A program made the position numbers and the translations under genes. The notes below the pieces were generated by a model. The model was not told the origin of the DNA. It saw only the letters and a list, made by a program, of their open reading frames with translations, and did no database searches. From assembly GCA_964394465.1 (NCBI GenBank), contig CAYMXS010000005.1, positions 5,674 through 69,673 on the forward strand: 64,000 nt of DNA, in the 5' to 3' direction. Source of the stretch: an uncultured Thermoplasmata archaeon (GTDB taxonomy: Archaea > Thermoplasmatota > Thermoplasmata > Halarchaeoplasmatales > Halarchaeoplasmataceae). Below, piece after piece: positions 63,723 through 64,000 of the stretch (positions within the stretch are counted from its first letter, which is position 1; every line of letters begins with the position of its first letter).

Positions 63723-64000
63723 TTAATATTTGGTCAAATCGTCTATCATCCTAGCCACTTCCTCCTTCCTTTTAGCCAGGTCCAAGCTGTCATATATCTG
63801 GTATGCCCTCTCCAGATATTCTTTCGCTTCCCCAAAGTTTTCAAGTCGGCTCTCTACCTTACCCAGAAGTTCCAAGGTCTCCGCTTCATAGCTCGCCAGC
63901 TCGTCCAGTTCATCTTCTCCCAGTTCTTCTCTCTGTATCTCCTCGAGAAGGTCCAAGGAATCCTTGAGACCTTTATCCGCTTCTTCTAGTCTTCCCTGTT
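63723..64000 (-). CDS. TPR-like/helical repeat protein, 5'-partial (continues beyond the window)
   Basis: The frame stays open from 63956 to the window edge. Sequence GEAKEYLERAYQIYDSL is TPR-like. Confidence 0.45.
   Translation of the reverse strand, partial: QGRLEEADKGLKDSLDLLEEIQREELGEDELDELASYEAETLELLGKVESRLENFGEAKEYLERAYQIYDSLDLAKRKEEVARMIDDLTKY

Noticed and set aside
1-64000. Search for tRNA, rRNA, CRISPR arrays, IS elements, integrases and prophage genes
   Set aside because: No cloverleaf-compatible GC-rich segments, T-loop GGTTCGAAT-like motifs, regularly spaced short repeats or transposase/integrase-like ORFs were seen by eye. This absence should be confirmed with tRNAscan, Infernal and CRISPR finders.

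Overview
Dense archaeal chromosomal segment of about 75 protein genes, many joined by 4-nt ATGA stop/start overlaps and preceded by GGAGG-type Shine-Dalgarno sites. GC is roughly 47-50% and the proteome is Glu/Asp/Lys-rich. I saw no rRNA, tRNA, CRISPR array, transposase or integrase.

Archaeal markers:
- thermosome
- HMG-CoA synthase/thiolase/DUF35 operon, plus a class-II-type HMG-CoA reductase
- CDP-archaeol synthase
- Nop10, aIF-1A, TFS, TiaS, Tsr3, Nob1, an Sm protein and archaemetzincin
- split transketolase plus transaldolase
- an atpHIKECFAB A-type ATPase operon

Lineage cannot be fixed without a database search. The class-II HMGR signature and SD usage fit a euryarchaeal or Thermoplasmatota-like organism.

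Most unusual observations:
1. The ATPase proteolipid gene atpK encodes 627 aa: signal peptide, PKD domain, then six tandem c-subunit hairpins. Four DNA repeats are spaced exactly 258 bp apart. Hairpin 1 has Gln in place of the ion-binding Glu.
2. An intact KaiC-like ATPase and a Walker-A-less KaiC-like paralog sit directly upstream of three tandem class-III-signal pilin-like genes. Each pilin gene has its own A/T box, a conserved leader hairpin abutting CAGGAGGAC, and an oligo-T terminator.
3. Two more DUF835-type proteins, which I read as inactivated KaiC-like domains, are present. One is fused to a receiver. The other is overlap-coupled to a DHH/DHHA1 phosphoesterase and an S2P protease.
4. 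A canonical TFS sits in tandem with a paralog that has lost the acidic DE tip and gained a TPR-like tail.
5. An unannotated, textbook C/D box sRNA candidate lies at 37073-37130.
6. A sensor kinase, a wHTH-STAND-TPR protein and a receiver-PAS protein form one cluster.
7. One ABC ATPase has no ATG/GTG/TTG start. A CTGA junction sits where its sister junction has ATGA.

All functional calls rest on motifs read by eye from the translations. No searches were run.
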